Assembly: GCA_963799845.1 (NCBI GenBank)
Contig: CAWCYI010000006.1
Location: 1,248,001-1,312,000, forward strand
DNA: 64,000 bases
Direction of reading: 5' to 3'
Source of the DNA: an uncultured Nitrososphaerota archaeon
Lineage (GTDB): Archaea; Thermoproteota; Nitrososphaeria; Nitrososphaerales; CADDZS01
Shown: piece after piece, positions 61,259-64,000 of the stretch
Layout of the letters: every line of letters starts with the position of its first letter
Position numbering within the stretch: the stretch's first letter is position 1
The notes under the pieces: model-generated
The model's input: the letters and a program-made list of their open reading frames with translations, nothing else
Told to the model about the DNA's origin: nothing
The model's database searches: none
Translations under genes and position numbers: made by a program

Positions 61259-62137
61259 ATGGCGAGATTTCGGCCGGACGAATATGTTTCTCCCGCGACT
61301 TCTGAAGAAGCCGTTTCACTGCTAAGGACTCAGGGATCGAAAGCGCGAATCCTGGCCGGCGGTACGACATTTTATGAATTGGCAAAAAGGGGCATGATGC
61401 CTGAAGTCCAGCAGATATTAGATCTAAGCAAATTACACCTTGACTATGCCAAGAAAAATGATGATTCTATTTCAATCGGAGCCATGCTCACTCTGACTGA
61501 TTTGATGAAATCAGAAGTGGTGAACGACCGAGGATACGAAGCGATTGTAGATTTCTTAACGAGATTTGCTCCGATCCAAATAAGAAACCTGGCGACGGCC
61601 GGAGGAGAGATCTGCGCGGGCGTACCATTTTTGGATTTACCCACGATCACGTTAGCGATGGAGGCAAAGTTCAAGATCGTCGGATCGTCAGGATCTCGCG
61701 TCGTGGCGGCAGAGAAATTCTACCTCGACTACTTTCTAGTCGACTTGAAGCGCGGCGAATATCTCGCTGAGATCAACATTCCAAAGCCGAAACCGAAAAC
61801 GGGATCAGCATTTGTTAATATAAAGAGGACAGCGACTGATCTTTCACTTGTTAATGCGGCAGTGAGGCTACAGTTAAGTAACGACGGTAAAATCGAAGAA
61901 GCATCCGTAGGGCTGGGGGGAATGGGTAATATCCCGATAAAGGCAAATGCAATTGAGCGTTCTCTTCGAGATAAGAAACTTGAACAGCTGGATCTAAATC
62001 AGGTTCGAAAATCAATCGACGATCTTAGCCCAACTAGCTCCGTTCACGCATCTCCGTGGTACAAGAAAGAGATTTGCAAAGTTATCGTGAAAGAAGCGGT
62101 CGTCCTTGCTGGCAAGCGTGCAACTATGGTTGGTTAG
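61259..62137 (+). CDS. FAD-binding medium subunit (CoxM/XdhB type)
   Basis: LAGGTT, QIRNLATAGG, DLSLVNAA; clear paralog of 52482..53372. Confidence 0.9.
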   Translation: MARFRPDEYVSPATSEEAVSLLRTQGSKARILAGGTTFYELAKRGMMPEVQQILDLSKLHLDYAKKNDDSISIGAMLTLTDLMKSEVVNDRGYEAIVDFLTRFAPIQIRNLATAGGEICAGVPFLDLPTITLAMEAKFKIVGSSGSRVVAAEKFYLDYFLVDLKRGEYLAEINIPKPKPKTGSAFVNIKRTATDLSLVNAAVRLQLSNDGKIEEASVGLGGMGNIPIKANAIERSLRDKKLEQLDLNQVRKSIDDLSPTSSVHASPWYKKEICKVIVKEAVVLAGKRATMVG

Positions 62138-62142
62138 GAATC

Positions 62143-62627
62143 ATGAATACGAAGACAGTCACTTTTAGAGTTAACGGAATGGAGCAAAAGATCGCAGTGG
62201 GCCCTATGATCTCTTAAACAAAGTTTTGAGAGATTACCTAGGATTGACCGGAACAAAGCGAGGATGTGACTATGGAGGATGCGGATCCTGTACTGTGTTG
62301 CTTGATGGGCGCGCAGTGTACTCTTGCATGGTACCCGCCGGCCGACTAGATGGGAAAACTGTCGAGACAATCGAAGGACTCACTGATACCAACGTTCTTC
62401 ACCCCATCCAAGAATCGTTCATGAAAAATTCGGCGCTTCAATGTGGTTTCAGCACTCCCGGCACGATAATGTCTGCCTTAGGGTTACTAAGAGAGAACCC
62501 TAAGCCAACTGAGGATCAAATCAAACAGGCAATTTCTGGGAATCTCTGTAGATGTACTGGATATGTTTCGATAATCAAAGCAATTTCCGACGCAGCTAAA
62601 TCAATAAAGACCACTTCATCGCGTTAG
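62143..62627 (+). CDS. 2Fe-2S small subunit (CoxS type), frameshift at about 62203
   Basis: MNTKTVTFRVNG... joins LRDYLGLTGTKRGCDYGGCGSC after adding one C in GGCCC. QCGFSTP (Ser at one Cys position) and NLCRCTGY. Confidence 0.85.
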
Positions 62628-62654
62628 CGTCATTTTTCACTTTCACCCAAAAAC

Positions 62655-63059
62655 ATGTGGTCCCAATTGGGAAGGCTTATGGTTTTAATGAAACTATTTA
62701 CTAGGTTTTCATCTGGAAACCAGGAAGCCCTTTCAAATCTAGACGAGGAAGACACCACTTATCAGTTCAATTTGAAGGGTGAGAAACCGTTTTACATAGT
62801 CGCCAACACAAAGGGCATGAGACTTCATGAGGGAATCCATCCCGCACCAGATGCGGCTTTCTTTGCCGACAAGGAAATTTTCTACAAGATATTTTCAGGT
62901 CAGTTGTCCCAGGATGAGGCTTTTCTAAACAGAAAGCTCGAAGTCAAGGGAGCCATGATGGCGTCAGCCAAATTTAGGCGAGTATCGAATATGATGCTCG
63001 AATCTCACAAGACATCTCTGAAATTTCTGCGCTTCTTTGTGCGAATAATACCGTTATAG
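62655..63059 (+). CDS. SCP2 sterol-carrier-domain protein
   Basis: YQFNL, PDA.F..D...F..I..G.L....AF...KL.VKG pattern. Confidence 0.75.
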   Translation: MWSQLGRLMVLMKLFTRFSSGNQEALSNLDEEDTTYQFNLKGEKPFYIVANTKGMRLHEGIHPAPDAAFFADKEIFYKIFSGQLSQDEAFLNRKLEVKGAMMASAKFRRVSNMMLESHKTSLKFLRFFVRIIPL

Positions 63060-63905
63060 TTCGGTTTGATTTGGCATCCATCAATAGTTCATCTTGTGGA
63101 GAGATAGTCGTCAACAACTAACTCGAACGATCCATTATCACGATTACATTAGATGAAACGTACTCGAGTCCCTCATGGACTTCTACTCGGGCGGTATCTC
63201 TTTGAAAACTAGGGACACATCTAAGTTGTCACGCTTCATGTGGTAGTACTTCGATCCCAAGTATTCTAGAGCACCAGCTATCCAACCGCCCACAGCGAAA
63301 GAGTAGCTCAACGCGTTCCCACCCCATATTCCTGAATTACCGACGATTTCGTATAAAACGAACCCGAATATAGTTATGTTTAGTAAACCAGCGACCAGTG
63401 ACCACTGACAAAATTCAGAACTAATTTAATTCAAGCTTCTAACCGCTGGTCGTGGATATGATTGGAGGCCAAGGCACGGTATTCTGCTTGGCAGAGTTGT
63501 TGGCATTCTTATCGTTGAAAGGATAAATGATCACATTGGTAGCTCGGACTGGATTCACTACCTTCTGGGTGTGAAATTGACAACGCCTGCGGGAGTCTGA
63601 CTGGAGAAAAAAGATACGATCCGATGATGAGCAAAATTCCGAACAGGATTACGTATTCGGATATCTTCAAAGCTGTTAATTTGCTGACAAAACATAGCGG
63701 TTGCTGAGCTTTCACAATTTTCAGCTGAAGTGAAGCAGGCTACTGATTGACTCGAAGATGAAACAAAACAAAAAGTTATTCGGTTTCGAAACCGCGTGTT
63801 ATTCCGAACCGATGAAGGTGTTTCGTATCCTATTCAGCTTGAGCAGCTTGTATCGACTGTTGCTAGCTGACTCCGGGCCAAAATTACAGCGACTTTCTTG
63901 ACTGC

Positions 63906-64000
63906 TTACGGCCAGACGCCCAGAGTCTTTATTGCATCGGCCACTCGTCCAATAGAAAGAGCGAGTGCGCCTTCTCTCATTCCAACGCCGTACTTTTCTG
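63906..64000 (-). CDS. gdhA: C-terminus of a Glu/Leu/Phe/Val (glutamate) dehydrogenase, truncated by window
   Basis: Manual translation EKYGVGMREGALALSIGRVADAIKTLGVWP*, a typical GdhA C-terminus. Confidence 0.7.
   Translation of the reverse strand, partial: EKYGVGMREGALALSIGRVADAIKTLGVWP

Noticed and set aside
222-61674. Numerous antisense or alternate-frame ORFs in the ORF track
   Set aside because: They overlap well-supported genes and lack motifs, apart from those identified as frameshifted gene pieces.
63060-63900. Short hydrophobic minus-strand ORFs (e.g. 63509..63715)
   Set aside because: No recognisable motifs; may be decayed genes, but unsupported.
1-64000. CRISPR array, rRNA, integrase/provirus or defence system
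   Set aside because: No repeat-spacer periodicity, rRNA-like tract or hallmark proteins were seen.

Overview
Archaeal DNA, most consistent with a non-ammonia-oxidising Nitrososphaerota/Thermoproteota-type genome. This placement is inferred from tRNA introns with bulge-helix-bulge (BHB) motifs, a TrmB regulator, an ISH3 element, TATA boxes about 25-35 nt before start codons, and a pilin-like leader on a binding protein. The window is a dense catabolic region. It holds four UbiD (prFMN) decarboxylases with no ubiX, three xanthine-dehydrogenase-family large subunits plus two FAD and two 2Fe-2S subunits and CoxG, and a cytoplasm-facing DMSO-reductase-family complex with a NarI-like anchor. It also holds Moco genes (moeA, mobB, mobA, fdhD), many C-N hydrolases, two DUF1989 proteins, a Liv-type ABC transporter, a TrmB + orphan ParB pair, two IS elements with TIRs and TSDs, a two-intron tRNA-His-like gene and several decayed paralog fragments. 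The most striking sequence-level signal is that 9 of the 10 frameshifts in otherwise intact genes fall in or next to AGCT, five of them as AGCTA->AGCTGA. This most likely reflects long-read miscalls at a methylated AGCT motif, so these genes are probably intact in vivo. All product calls come from motif recognition by eye; no database search was run.
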